Origin: Alphaproteobacteria bacterium
GTDB lineage: Bacteria; Pseudomonadota; Alphaproteobacteria; SP197
Assembly (NCBI GenBank): GCA_965228895.1
Contig: OZ245842.1
Coordinates: 1,888,001 to 1,952,000 of the forward strand
Length of the DNA: 64,000 nucleotides
Direction of reading: 5' to 3'
The notes beneath the pieces are model-generated. The model did not search any database, was not told the DNA's origin, and saw only the letters and a program-made list of their open reading frames with translations. A program made the position numbers and the translations under genes. Within the stretch, counting starts at the first letter, position 1; every line of letters begins with the position of its first letter. This document shows positions 48,014 to 58,588 of this stretch, piece by piece.

Positions 48014-49267
48014 ATGAGGACCGTTCTTGCCCTTGTTGTTCTGCTTGTGCTCGCTGCACTGGTGTTCTTCGTGCTGGAGCCGGACGATGCCGGCGAAAAC
48101 GCCGAAGTAACCACCGAAAGCAGCGATACTGGCGCGAGCTCGGACGACGGCACGGCGACATCGCAAAGCGATGAAACCGACGAAACTGCCGAGACCGATG
48201 CCGGTGCCGACACGGGCGACGCATCGTCACAGACGTCGGACACATCCGAACAGACTGCTTCTGACGAAGGGACCGAGACGCCCGAGGCCGAGGCTGCCGA
48301 TGCGGGTGCCGCCGCGGATGCCGAAAGCGCGGGCGGGCAGGATGAAACCTCAGCCGACACAACCGACGCCGAGCCCGTAACACCCAGCTTCGACATCGTC
48401 CGCGTTGAGACGTCCGGCGATGCGGTCATGGCCGGGCGCGCCGCGCCGGGGGCGACCGTTCAGGTCTACAGCCATGACGGCTTGGTCGCCGAGACCACCG
48501 CCGATGACAACGGCGATTGGGTGGTCGTGTTGGAACAGCCCTTGGAAGCGGGTAGCCATGAGCTGTGGCTGAAGTCTGAAGAGACGAACGGCGCGGTCAG
48601 TGAATCGCGCGAAAGCGTCGCGATGCTGGTTCCCGAACCCGGCGATACGCCGGCGGCCTCAGCCGATGCCATAGAGCCGCCGGCTAGCGGCGACACGGAA
48701 CAGGCCACCGCGTCGAGCGATGCTGCCGAAGAGGTGATCGCCGTTCTGGTGCCACGCGACGAAGACGGTGAGGTCGAGATCCTTCAGGAGCCGGAAGACG
48801 GTGTCGGTCTTGCCGGCGGCGATGGCCTGTCGCTCGACACATTGGACTATGACGAAGCCGGCGAAGTCTCGTTGTCCGGCAAAGCCGAACCCGGCGCCGA
48901 AGTGCGCGCCTATGTTGATGGCGAACTGGTTGGCCGGGCACTGGCTGATGACACCGGAAGCTGGCGGATGATGCTGGATAAGCCGGTCGAGCAGGGGCTC
49001 CATGCGCTCAGGATTGATCAGGTCGATGAGGCGGGTATCGTTCTGGGGCGCGTCGAGACACCGTTTGACCGCGAAGCCTTGCAGCTACCGGCGAGCGCGG
49101 AGCCGCTTGTGATCATTCAGCCGGGCAACAACCTGTGGACCATCGCGCGCCACTCCTATGGTTCCGGTGTCCACTACACACACATCTACGAAGCCAACCA
49201 GGGACAGATCGCCGATCCGCACCTGATCTATCCCGGCCAGATCTTCGTTCTGCCCACGATTAACTGA
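48014..49267 (+). CDS. Membrane-anchored Ig-like + LysM peptidoglycan-binding protein
   Basis: N-terminal TM, acidic linker, PSFDIVRV..GDAV.AGRA.PG, and LysM motif QPGNNLW.IA...YG.G..Y..IY.AN...I.DP.LIYPGQ. Confidence 0.9.
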   Translation: MRTVLALVVLLVLAALVFFVLEPDDAGENAEVTTESSDTGASSDDGTATSQSDETDETAETDAGADTGDASSQTSDTSEQTASDEGTETPEAEAADAGAAADAESAGGQDETSADTTDAEPVTPSFDIVRVETSGDAVMAGRAAPGATVQVYSHDGLVAETTADDNGDWVVVLEQPLEAGSHELWLKSEETNGAVSESRESVAMLVPEPGDTPAASADAIEPPASGDTEQATASSDAAEEVIAVLVPRDEDGEVEILQEPEDGVGLAGGDGLSLDTLDYDEAGEVSLSGKAEPGAEVRAYVDGELVGRALADDTGSWRMMLDKPVEQGLHALRIDQVDEAGIVLGRVETPFDREALQLPASAEPLVIIQPGNNLWTIARHSYGSGVHYTHIYEANQGQIADPHLIYPGQIFVLPTIN

Positions 49268-49285
49268 GCAGCCCGGCTACCCGCG

Positions 49286-51904
49286 CTAAGAGGACGACGG
49301 ACAGGTTACGGTGTGCTGCGTATGGCGGCCGAACCGGACATGGCCGTTGTCTGTCCACGGTTGCGGCCGCGCGCAGTTGCTGGCGACCGGCTGTGCCGCG
49401 TTGCTGGCGCCGCGGTTGGGATCGAGCGCCGCCTTGCATGGTGAATCGTTGTCGTCCGTGATGCCCAGGATCGGCATCAGTGCCTTGACCGGCGCCAGGA
49501 TCGAGCTCAGCAAACTGCCGCCGACGCCGGTCGCCACGTCAAGCGGGCCAACCGACAAACTGGGATCGTCGAGTGGCCCGGTGATTTTGACCGCCGACGC
49601 CAGGCTCAGCAGGGTCGCGTCCTTGGGCGTCGGTGCCAGGCGAAGATTGATGGTCTCGTTGAGCATGTCGATAGAGCCGCTGCCCGCGACCGTCATCGTC
49701 GTGGTGTCGAGCAGGGTGACCTCGCTGGTCGCTTTGCCGTCGGTGAGATCGTAGCGCAGCACGAGACAGGAAATGACGCTCGGGTCCTTTTTGTCGCGCC
49801 ACGGCGCCAGCAAATTCACGAAACTATCGGCCTTGCGCAGCACGTCGCTGCCGACATAGCCGTTCTGCAGCACAATGTCGGCATGGCCGGTGACGTCTTT
49901 GAGTGTCTGGTTGACGTCGGCGATATCGCTGTCGGCCTCGATATCAATATTAAGGGGGCCGCGAACATCGCCTGGCAGGTCGAACATGGTCGAGATATCG
50001 GTGGTCGAGGCTTCGACAAGCTTCAAGGTGCCGTCGATGGGCGGGTTGGTGACACTGTGTGCGATCTTGAAGTCTGACGTCAGCTTGCCGGAGGCAAACA
50101 GCGCGGTGAGGCCGTAGAGCCCGACCTCCCGGTCGTCGGTGCGAATGCGCAGATGCGCATTCTGGAACTCAAGATCTTCGTAGCTGACTTTCGTTGTTTG
50201 AAGGGTGACGTCCAGGTCGATGCCCGGATCGGGAATAATCAACGGCTCGTCCTCGGCGAGGTCGTTGGCACCCATGGCGTCGGCAATGTCCGCCACATCC
50301 AGGTCGTCGGTCGACAGGCTGCCGGAAAAGGCCGTGCGCCCGCCGCTGTCGTCGATGTCCAGCGAACCGGCCAGTTCCTGCTTATCTATGACAGCTTTCA
50401 AGCTGCTCAGCGTGTAATTGTCGCTGTCCTTCTCGATCAGGTTCGTCGACATGGTGAACGGCAGGGCCGGCAAGTCGATGTCGTAAAGATTGCCGATGGC
50501 CTGCAGGTTGTCGGTGGTGACCTGAAGCGGAAGCGGCACGCTAAGCGGATCGTCGAGATTGGCGATTGTTGCGCCGAAGGTGGCGTTGGCCGAACCGGAT
50601 GCCGCGACACCATCGGTGACCACAAATGCGCCGTTGGTTTCGGTTCCTTTCAGCGACATCGTGAACGCCGTGGCGGGCATCTCGATGTCCAGCCAGTCGC
50701 CCAGGCGCGACATGTCGGGTCCCGACAGTGACAGTTTGACGGCCTGGGGCGGAATACCGTCCCATGTCGCATCGGTCATCTCGAACGTGATATCCGTCTC
50801 GCCCAGTTTGCCGCTGCCGCTTGCCTGAAGCTTGTCGTCCAAGCTGAAACTGGCGTCCAGCGCATAGGATTCCGACGGCAGATCAATCGTCGCCAGTTTG
50901 GCGATCCAAGTCGGATCGTCGCCGGAAATCGAGACGCTGCCGGATGCCGATGGCGGTGACACGTCGGTCCCGATGGTAACGTCGAGCTTCGCCGTCGTGT
51001 CAGTCAGGGTCGCGTCGCCCTTGGCGACAATTTGATCGCCCGTCACGTTGGCGGTGCCGGTGAATTGGAGCGGTTGGGCCGGCAACTGCACGCCGGCCAG
51101 CGGCGATAGCGATGAGATATCATCGCTATCAATCGTGATGTCGGCCGAGCCGCTGGCCGTGCCGTCATGACCAAGGCCGACGTGACCGTCGATGGTTAGC
51201 GTCACGCCCAAAGCCACCACGTTGCCCTTAACCGGCGTGTCGAGATCCGGGTCAATCACCGCCTCCAGGCTCGGCAGGTTGAGATCGATAGTCACCGGTG
51301 TGTCGTCGACCTGGCCGGTCGTGGTGATGTCGAGGTTGTTTGCCGACGAGGCCAGATGCACATCGTCGAACCAGCCATTCAGGCTGTCGCCGGCGGCCTT
51401 ATCGTCAAACTTGACGTTGAGTCGCGTGATGCTGAGGTCGTCGGGCAGTGTGACCGACATGCCGCCGCCGCTGCCGTTGTCCGACGTCTCCAGGTTCCAG
51501 TTGGCTTCACCGTCACTCGACATCTCGAGATTGGCATCAACCTGCTCCATGTCCAGCTTGTCGAACACCAGATTGCCAGATAGCAACGGCCATAGCTGGA
51601 CCGTTGCGTCGAGTTTGCTGATGACGAGCATGTCCTCGTCGCTCGCCCAGGACGCGTTTTTCAGCTTGACGTCGGTGGCGGTGATCTCGGGCGCAAGTGA
51701 CAGGGATACGTTGAGCGTGCCGTCAATATCCAGGCGCCGGCCCAGCGCGTCTTCCAGGCGGTCGGCCAGGACCTGATCGAACATGTTCTTGTCAAACTGA
51801 CTGACAGCCACGATCAGCCCGACCAGAACCGCTATGACAAGCAGCCCAGTTAGCTTAAGAAGGCGCCGCCGCCATGATTTGCGGCGTTGACGACGTTTAA
51901 CCAT
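49286..51904 (-). CDS. AsmA family protein
   Basis: N-terminal anchor, LGR.L.IDG, N..WA....M, G..NW; C-terminal 'C....G......DT....G.G.I..E...L...PK' AsmA pattern. Confidence 0.88.
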   Translation of the reverse strand: MVKRRQRRKSWRRRLLKLTGLLVIAVLVGLIVAVSQFDKNMFDQVLADRLEDALGRRLDIDGTLNVSLSLAPEITATDVKLKNASWASDEDMLVISKLDATVQLWPLLSGNLVFDKLDMEQVDANLEMSSDGEANWNLETSDNGSGGGMSVTLPDDLSITRLNVKFDDKAAGDSLNGWFDDVHLASSANNLDITTTGQVDDTPVTIDLNLPSLEAVIDPDLDTPVKGNVVALGVTLTIDGHVGLGHDGTASGSADITIDSDDISSLSPLAGVQLPAQPLQFTGTANVTGDQIVAKGDATLTDTTAKLDVTIGTDVSPPSASGSVSISGDDPTWIAKLATIDLPSESYALDASFSLDDKLQASGSGKLGETDITFEMTDATWDGIPPQAVKLSLSGPDMSRLGDWLDIEMPATAFTMSLKGTETNGAFVVTDGVAASGSANATFGATIANLDDPLSVPLPLQVTTDNLQAIGNLYDIDLPALPFTMSTNLIEKDSDNYTLSSLKAVIDKQELAGSLDIDDSGGRTAFSGSLSTDDLDVADIADAMGANDLAEDEPLIIPDPGIDLDVTLQTTKVSYEDLEFQNAHLRIRTDDREVGLYGLTALFASGKLTSDFKIAHSVTNPPIDGTLKLVEASTTDISTMFDLPGDVRGPLNIDIEADSDIADVNQTLKDVTGHADIVLQNGYVGSDVLRKADSFVNLLAPWRDKKDPSVISCLVLRYDLTDGKATSEVTLLDTTTMTVAGSGSIDMLNETINLRLAPTPKDATLLSLASAVKITGPLDDPSLSVGPLDVATGVGGSLLSSILAPVKALMPILGITDDNDSPCKAALDPNRGASNAAQPVASNCARPQPWTDNGHVRFGRHTQHTVTCPSSS

Positions 51905-51998
51905 GATCGCACTGTAGACCGAATTTCGGGCCCGGTAACCCGTCAGTGCCGGTTCGATATGGCGGGTCGCTGCTGTTGTGGAGGCGAGGTTAGGTCAC

Positions 51999-52193
51999 GT
52001 GTCAAAGTCTGACGAGCCTCTCAGCGAGGCGACATTGTCCCTCTACCTGCGCCGATTGGTCCAAGACGAGATCGATCGTTCGTTCAAGCTTGGCTTGTCG
52101 GCACCGAAGAACGGCGGCCGTCGTGCCGAGCGTCCCAAATCTGACGCCCAGGTGACAGGCAGTCCCGCAAAGCGCGGCAACGGGGGGCTGTAA
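51999..52193 (+). CDS. Possible small hypothetical protein
   Basis: GAGG-preceded GTG ORF filling the asmA-tamA gap; amphipathic LSLYLRRLVQDEID segment and basic tail. Confidence 0.35.
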   Translation: MSKSDEPLSEATLSLYLRRLVQDEIDRSFKLGLSAPKNGGRRAERPKSDAQVTGSPAKRGNGGL

Positions 52194-52259
52194 TCTCCGC
52201 GATTACGGGTGTTGCGAAGCCGTGTATCCGTGCGGTGTGACCGGCTATACCTGTTCGCG

Positions 52260-54155
52260 ATGGTGTGCGTGACATCCTATAGACACTGTTTGGCGTGCTT
52301 CGTCGCGGCAATCCTCCTCGTTTCGTCCGCGGGTTGGGCTGACGACGATGAGGGCTCAGAACCGGCTGAGACGGAACAGGCGGGGCCGCAGGTCGACTAT
52401 GACGTCACCTTGAATGTCCCCAACATCGAGGGCCTGCGCGGACAGATCGAAGAGAGTTCACAGCTGATCAGCCTCTCCGATGATCCGCCGGCCAGTCTCA
52501 GCGGCCTCAGGCGTCGCGTCGATGCCGATAGCGAGCGGTTCGATGCGGTCATGCGCTCGCGTGGCTACTATGACAGCGAGATCATTTCGCGCATCGATAC
52601 GGAAACGGAGCCGGTCACCGTCGAAATCTCGGTGACGACCGGCGAGCAGTACCTGATCGCCGCCTACGATATCGCCTATTTCGGCGGCGCTCCCGCCCAC
52701 GAAGCCGCGCTGGTCGACTTAACGGATATCGACGTGACGTTGGGAGAGCCTGCCATGGCGGAGGTCGTGGTTGGTGCAGAATCCCAGGCGGTCCGACATT
52801 TGCGCGACAACGGTTATCCGTTCGCGGCATCCGACGATCGGTTGGTGCTCGCTGATCATGCCGATAAGACGATCTGGGTTCAGGTCACGATCACACCCGG
52901 GCCATTCGTGCGCTATGGCCCGACGGAAATTACCGGCATCGACCGCATGGAAGCTAACTATTTCCTGCGCCGTGTGCCCTGGCAGCAGGGCGAGATCTAT
53001 GATCAGTCCGTCGTCGACCAGTACCGGCAGGATCTCGTGGACTCCGGGCTTTTCAGCCAGGTCACCGTAAAACCCGACGAGGACACGGATCAGGAAGTCC
53101 GCACGGTTGAAGTCGCGATCGAGGAGGGGCCGCCGCGAACCGTTCGTGCCGGCGCCTCCTTTTCGACCGAAGACGGCTTCGAGGTCCGTTTCGGGTGGCA
53201 GCACCGCAACATCTTCGGCGAGGCGGAACTGCTGGATCTGTCGACCACGCTCGGCTTGATCCGCCAACGCCTGGACGCGACCTACCGACAACCTGGCTTC
53301 CGGCGGCTGGAACAGGACCTCGTCGTGACCGGCGCCTTGCTCAACGAGGAATTGGAAGCGTTCCGGCAGACGGGCGCCACGGGATCGGTGGCCATCGAGT
53401 GGCCGGTCAGTGAACATTGGACGGGATCGATGGGCGTTGCCGTGGAGTTCTTGCAGATCGACGAGGAGCAGACCGGCGAGGACGACCAGACGGTTCTGCT
53501 GGTCGGTTTGCCCGTCTCCTATAGCTATGACGACACCGACGACCTTCTCAACCCGACCAAGGGATTTCGATTGCTGCTTGGCGCGACACCATGGACCGGC
53601 CGGATCGGACCCGTCTTCAACGTTGTTTCGTCCAGCGTCGGCGCCGTCGAAACCGACAGCCAGGCTGCCGTGTCGTTCCTATCGTCACAGGTCGCCGCCT
53701 CGACCTACTATCCGCTGGACGCGTATGACGACTACGTCATCGCGGTCAGGGGAAGGGTCGCGTCGGTGGGCGGTGAGCCGACCCAGACATTGCCGGCAAA
53801 CAAGCGGCTCTACGCCGGCGGTGCCGGTTCGGTGCGCGGTTACGAGTTTCAGAAGGTCGGTCCGCTGGACGCGGATAACAATCCGCTCGGCGGCCGATCC
53901 TTGATCACCGTGGGCGCAGAGCTGCGGGTTCGTTTTCTGGACGACTTCGGCGTTGTCCCGTTCATTGACGGCGGCGGCGTCTATGATTCGACAGTCCCGG
54001 ATTTTGAGGAGGAGTTCTTTTGGGGCGCCGGCCTGGGCGTTCGTTACTACACCGATTTCGGACCGTTGCGCTTGGATGTCGGCGTGCCCCTGAATCGCCG
54101 CAAGAATATCGATGATCCCTTTCAGTTCTACATCAGCCTGGGTCAAGCGTTTTGA
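52260..54155 (+). CDS. tamA: TamA (Omp85 family) outer-membrane protein
   Basis: POTRA-like GYY/GYPFA repeats, YAGG.GSVRGY, GPLRLD and C-terminal YISLGQAF. Confidence 0.93.
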   Translation: MVCVTSYRHCLACFVAAILLVSSAGWADDDEGSEPAETEQAGPQVDYDVTLNVPNIEGLRGQIEESSQLISLSDDPPASLSGLRRRVDADSERFDAVMRSRGYYDSEIISRIDTETEPVTVEISVTTGEQYLIAAYDIAYFGGAPAHEAALVDLTDIDVTLGEPAMAEVVVGAESQAVRHLRDNGYPFAASDDRLVLADHADKTIWVQVTITPGPFVRYGPTEITGIDRMEANYFLRRVPWQQGEIYDQSVVDQYRQDLVDSGLFSQVTVKPDEDTDQEVRTVEVAIEEGPPRTVRAGASFSTEDGFEVRFGWQHRNIFGEAELLDLSTTLGLIRQRLDATYRQPGFRRLEQDLVVTGALLNEELEAFRQTGATGSVAIEWPVSEHWTGSMGVAVEFLQIDEEQTGEDDQTVLLVGLPVSYSYDDTDDLLNPTKGFRLLLGATPWTGRIGPVFNVVSSSVGAVETDSQAAVSFLSSQVAASTYYPLDAYDDYVIAVRGRVASVGGEPTQTLPANKRLYAGGAGSVRGYEFQKVGPLDADNNPLGGRSLITVGAELRVRFLDDFGVVPFIDGGGVYDSTVPDFEEEFFWGAGLGVRYYTDFGPLRLDVGVPLNRRKNIDDPFQFYISLGQAF

Positions 54156-57100
54156 AACGGCGCATCCTTATCATCACCGCGTCGCTGGCCGCCCTGCTGG
54201 TCGTCCTGGCGGTGGCTGTTGTCGTCGGAGGCCTGATCTACATTGACACCGCCAGCGGACGCACGTGGCTGGCCAAGACGATCGAGGATGCGGCCAGCGA
54301 GCCGGGCGTGATGGAGATCGAAATCGGTTCCATCGGACCGGGATTGCCAGGTGCGATCGCCATCGATCAAGTCACTGTCCTGGACGGCGAGGGACCCTGG
54401 CTAACCGTTGACGATGTCGCGGTTGATTGGGACCCCTGGGCGCTTCTCACGCGGACCGTGGCTGTCGACTCATTCACTGTTGGCGATGTCGTTGTCAGCC
54501 GGGCACCCGTTTCCGGCGAGAGTAGCGACGATGTCACCGAGACCGATGCCGATGCGGCACTGCCCACACTGCCGGTCGGTGTGACGATCGATGAGATTGT
54601 GGTCGCGCGTGTCGACCTCGACGAAGCACTGTTCGGCATCGCCGCAACCTTGAAGGTCGAAGGCATGGCCAGTGCGTCGCGCGCTGGTGACGTGGCGTTG
54701 GATCTTGGCGTGTTCCGCACGGATGGCGCGGGGGGCGCGGTCCAGACCAAAGCCGATGTCAATCTGGGCGCCAACCAACTAACGCTCTGGGCCAACGTCT
54801 ACGAACCGGCTGATGGCGTTATCGTGCACATGTTGGGCTTGGAGGATGCGCCGCCCTTCGATCTGACGCTTGAGGGCAAAGGACCGGCAAACGACTGGTC
54901 GGGAACGCTGAACGCGATGGCCGGCGACGACCTTGCGGTCGATGTCGATCTCCGGGTTCAGGCTGCGGATACACTGAAAGTGGCGCTTGACGGCAGCGCC
55001 AGCGTAACGCCTCTGGTCCCGGCGGACGTTCAGCCGCTGGTCGGCACGTCGCTGACGATCAACACCGCCTTCGTTATCGACGATGACCTCTATCGCATCG
55101 AGAGCCTGGCGGTGGAGGCACAGTCGCTCGCGATTTCGGCAGCCGGCGAATTGGACCTGGCGGCGAACACGGTTGACCTGGAGGCGCTGCTGGAGAGCCG
55201 CGACAACGGGCCGATCGAAGTCTTGGCCGACCCGCTCACGCTGGGGACTTGGGAGCTCAGCTTGACCGCGACGGGCGATCTCGCCGCGCCGGCGCTGACC
55301 GTGGCGGGGTCGATCAATGCGCTGGGCGTCCCCGATGCCGTCGCCGGGGATGCCACGCTCTCCGCCATCCTCGTCCCGGATGCAGACCGGGGCTGGCACG
55401 GTGAGGGCCAGGTCGTCGTCGATAGTCTGGTCGCCCGTGAACCCGCTGTCGGCACGCTTTTGGAGAACACGGCCCAGATCGACATTGACGTCACCATCGA
55501 CGAAGAGTTCGCCGAACTTTCGGTGGCGACGTTGCGGGTCACCGGCGCGAACCTGGATGTCGCGGCCCAGGGCGCACTCGATTTGAACGCGATGTCCGGT
55601 GAGGTCGTGGCAGATGTCGATGTCGCCGATGTCTCCGGTTTCAGCGATCTCGTCGGCTTGCCGATGAGCGGCGGTCTTTCGGTCCAAAGCGATCTGTTGC
55701 TGGCGCCTGATTTCTCTCTCATGACCGGCCCGATCAACATTGCCGGAGAGGGGCTTGAAATCGCCATGAGCAGTGTCTCGCCGTTCATCGGCAACAGCTT
55801 GACGGTGACGACCGAACTGGAAAGCGATCTCGCGACCTATGCCGTTCTCGATGCCTTGAAAGCCCAGACAGAATCCGTCGATGCCACCGGCCGCATTGAT
55901 CTTGCCGACGGCTTCTCGACCCTGGACGGCGATTTGGCCGGTGAACTCATCGTCACGCCCGCGGTCGCAGGGTTGCTTGCTGCTGACGCGGGCGGCAGCG
56001 CCTCGTTCGAAGCCCAGCTCTCGGGGTCCGTCGATGATCCGCTCGTCCGCGCGCAGGCCGTGCTCAACGGCGTCAGCATGGCCGGTATCTCCGCCGATGG
56101 CGTTAGGGCTGCCGCGGAGGTTGGCGACCTTTCCGGTGCGCCCAGCGGCAAGGCCCTGATCACGCTGCCGCCCGAGTCCGGTTCCCTCAAGGTCGCCGTG
56201 TCGTTTGTTGAAGAGGGGGAAGACATCAATCTTCCGGTGATCGCGCTAAACGGTCCTGGCCTGGTGGGCAATGGTGCGCTCCGCGTCAACGGAGCCGGGA
56301 TCGTCTCCGGCACCATTCAGGCCAGCGACGCCAATGTTGGCCCGCTCGCCGGGTTGGTCGGTCTGGATGGCGATGGTGCCCTGACGTTCCGTATCGATGC
56401 GCAGGCCGGGGCAGGCGGCGGCCAAGAGGCGCGTGTCGCCTTGCGGGCCAACGACCTGATCTTGACCCTGGATGATGGCGGTCTGATCACCGTGGGGGAC
56501 ATCCGTGTCAACGCCGACCTCAGCGATCTCGATGGCGAACCGGCCGGCGTTGCCGACATCTCGTTGAGCCAAGCCTCGTTCGATACCTACACGCTGGACG
56601 GCGCGGTCGTGCGCGGCGAGCTGGCCGGCGACCTCGCGACGATCGACGCGCAGGCAAGCGGCAATGCCGGCGTCCCGGTCAGCGTCGATACGGCGATTCA
56701 GGCCGATCTCGCCAGCGACAATGTGGAGCTTGTCTTCGAGCGACTGGCAGGTACCGTCAGCGACCAGGACTTCGCGCAGAACGGCCCGCTTCGCCTGGAG
56801 CTGGGTGATGGCACAGTCGTCGTCGAGAACATCGTCCTCGAGATGGGCGGCGGCACCGTTTCGGGTGATTTTGTACGTACGCCCCAGTCGCTTGAGGCAG
56901 GCGTCGAAATTGCCAACCTGCCGTTCGAACTGATCCGGATCATCGCGCCCAGGTCACGCACAACCGGCCTGATTGAAGGCAGCGCCCAGGTGACGACGCG
57001 CAACAATGCGGTGGTCGGCTCCGTCGACCTTGCGGTGAACGACGTTGATTTATCCGAGCGCACCGGCGACGAGAACATGGTTGCTGATGTTCGGTTCAAT

Positions 57101-58510
57101 GCCGAACTGGATGAGAGCTTGATCACGGCAGAGCTGGATGTATCGGGCTTGCCCGGCAGCCAGGTTTCCGGTCAGGCCCGCATTGGCGCGGCGTTGAATG
57201 CCACCACGCTGGAAGCAGCCAACGCCATGTCGGCTCCCCTGGACGCTGCGATCGACGTGAACATCAAGCTGTCGGAGATCTGGGAAACGCTTCCGGCCAG
57301 CGACCAGCGTATGACGGGTAACCTAGTGGCGGCGCTAACGGCGCAAGGCGTTGTTGGCGATCCCGATGTTGCCGGTGAAATAACCTTGCGGGACGGCACC
57401 TATGAACACCTGGTCTATGGAACGCTGATCGACCAGATCGCCCTGACGGTGACCGGCAACAGCACCGAACGATTGACCCTCGCCCTACAGGCGAGCGACG
57501 GCGGCGATGGGCGTATCGAAGCCAATGGCGATGTGAACCTTGCCGGCGATATCGACATTCAGGCAGCCCTGTCGCTCAGTAGCGCCACCTTGGTTCGCCG
57601 CGACGATGTAACCGCCACGGCCAGCGGCAACATCACCTATAACGGCACACCTTTGCGGGGCGCCATCGAGGGCGCAATCACGACGGACGTGATTGAGATC
57701 AACCTCGTCAACTCCCTGCCGCCCTCGGTTGTCGTCCTGGATGTTCAGGACGTCTTTGGCGACAGAGGCAATGGCGCGTCTGCGGCGAGTTCGAGTCTAT
57801 GGGTCGCCGATCTTGACGTCACCATCGACATCCCCCGGCGCTTCTTTGTCCGGGGCCGCGGTGTCGAGACCGAGTGGTTCGGCAACATCGCGATTGCCGG
57901 CACCACCGACAATCCGGTCGTGAACGGGAAGATCGAAGTCCAGCGCGGTCAGGTCCTTCTGGTCGGCCGGCCCTTCGATGTCACACGCGGGACCGTGGAA
58001 TTGGACCCCGAGCAGATCGACAACCCGATTCTGGATATTGCGGCCCAGAGCAGCCGTGAGGACGTGACCGGCATTATCACCATCAGCGGCCGCGCCCTTG
58101 ACCCGGATATCGAGATCACGTCGACACCGCCGCTGCCGCAGGCCGAGGTTCTGCCGCGCGTCCTGTTCGGCAAGAGCTCGTCGAACCTCTCGGCGTTCGA
58201 AGCGTTCGAGGTGGCATCGGCCGTCGCCGAGTTGAGCGGCGTGACTGGCGGCTCGAGCATCCTGGACCAGACACGCCAGACGCTCGGCATCGACGTTCTG
58301 CGTGTGTCGTCCGATGACGAGGGAGCCACTCGCGTCGGCGCTGGCAGCTATGTGACAGAGGACGTCTATGTCGGTGTCGAGCAGGGCACCCAGACCGGAT
58401 CCGGCGCCGTCACGGTAGAGGTCGAACTGACGGACAGCCTTTCGGTCGAAACCTCGACAGGCAGCGATGCCAGCGCCAATGTGGGCGTCAATTGGCGATG
58501 GGACTATTAG
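54152..58510 (+). CDS. tamB: TamB translocation/assembly module protein
   Basis: N-terminal anchor with 'T.SG', C-terminal VRGRG, PPLPQ.EVL...LFG, G.Y....VY and W..DY; overlaps the tamA stop. Confidence 0.92.
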   Translation: MKRRILIITASLAALLVVLAVAVVVGGLIYIDTASGRTWLAKTIEDAASEPGVMEIEIGSIGPGLPGAIAIDQVTVLDGEGPWLTVDDVAVDWDPWALLTRTVAVDSFTVGDVVVSRAPVSGESSDDVTETDADAALPTLPVGVTIDEIVVARVDLDEALFGIAATLKVEGMASASRAGDVALDLGVFRTDGAGGAVQTKADVNLGANQLTLWANVYEPADGVIVHMLGLEDAPPFDLTLEGKGPANDWSGTLNAMAGDDLAVDVDLRVQAADTLKVALDGSASVTPLVPADVQPLVGTSLTINTAFVIDDDLYRIESLAVEAQSLAISAAGELDLAANTVDLEALLESRDNGPIEVLADPLTLGTWELSLTATGDLAAPALTVAGSINALGVPDAVAGDATLSAILVPDADRGWHGEGQVVVDSLVAREPAVGTLLENTAQIDIDVTIDEEFAELSVATLRVTGANLDVAAQGALDLNAMSGEVVADVDVADVSGFSDLVGLPMSGGLSVQSDLLLAPDFSLMTGPINIAGEGLEIAMSSVSPFIGNSLTVTTELESDLATYAVLDALKAQTESVDATGRIDLADGFSTLDGDLAGELIVTPAVAGLLAADAGGSASFEAQLSGSVDDPLVRAQAVLNGVSMAGISADGVRAAAEVGDLSGAPSGKALITLPPESGSLKVAVSFVEEGEDINLPVIALNGPGLVGNGALRVNGAGIVSGTIQASDANVGPLAGLVGLDGDGALTFRIDAQAGAGGGQEARVALRANDLILTLDDGGLITVGDIRVNADLSDLDGEPAGVADISLSQASFDTYTLDGAVVRGELAGDLATIDAQASGNAGVPVSVDTAIQADLASDNVELVFERLAGTVSDQDFAQNGPLRLELGDGTVVVENIVLEMGGGTVSGDFVRTPQSLEAGVEIANLPFELIRIIAPRSRTTGLIEGSAQVTTRNNAVVGSVDLAVNDVDLSERTGDENMVADVRFNAELDESLITAELDVSGLPGSQVSGQARIGAALNATTLEAANAMSAPLDAAIDVNIKLSEIWETLPASDQRMTGNLVAALTAQGVVGDPDVAGEITLRDGTYEHLVYGTLIDQIALTVTGNSTERLTLALQASDGGDGRIEANGDVNLAGDIDIQAALSLSSATLVRRDDVTATASGNITYNGTPLRGAIEGAITTDVIEINLVNSLPPSVVVLDVQDVFGDRGNGASAASSSLWVADLDVTIDIPRRFFVRGRGVETEWFGNIAIAGTTDNPVVNGKIEVQRGQVLLVGRPFDVTRGTVELDPEQIDNPILDIAAQSSREDVTGIITISGRALDPDIEITSTPPLPQAEVLPRVLFGKSSSNLSAFEAFEVASAVAELSGVTGGSSILDQTRQTLGIDVLRVSSDDEGATRVGAGSYVTEDVYVGVEQGTQTGSGAVTVEVELTDSLSVETSTGSDASANVGVNWRWDY

Positions 58511-58588
58511 CTGGCATGACGAGGCGATCGGTCTCGTGTTCGTCGTGCCGCGTCTTGATCAATGCGGAACGTTGCCTAAGGGGAAGTG

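Noticed and set aside
48080-48380. Tandem repeat in the LysM gene
   Set aside because: Low-complexity acidic linker with no discrete repeat unit.
51897-51904. TTAACCAT CtrA motif at the asmA start
   Set aside because: Explained by the coding sequence ATG GTT AAA on the minus strand.
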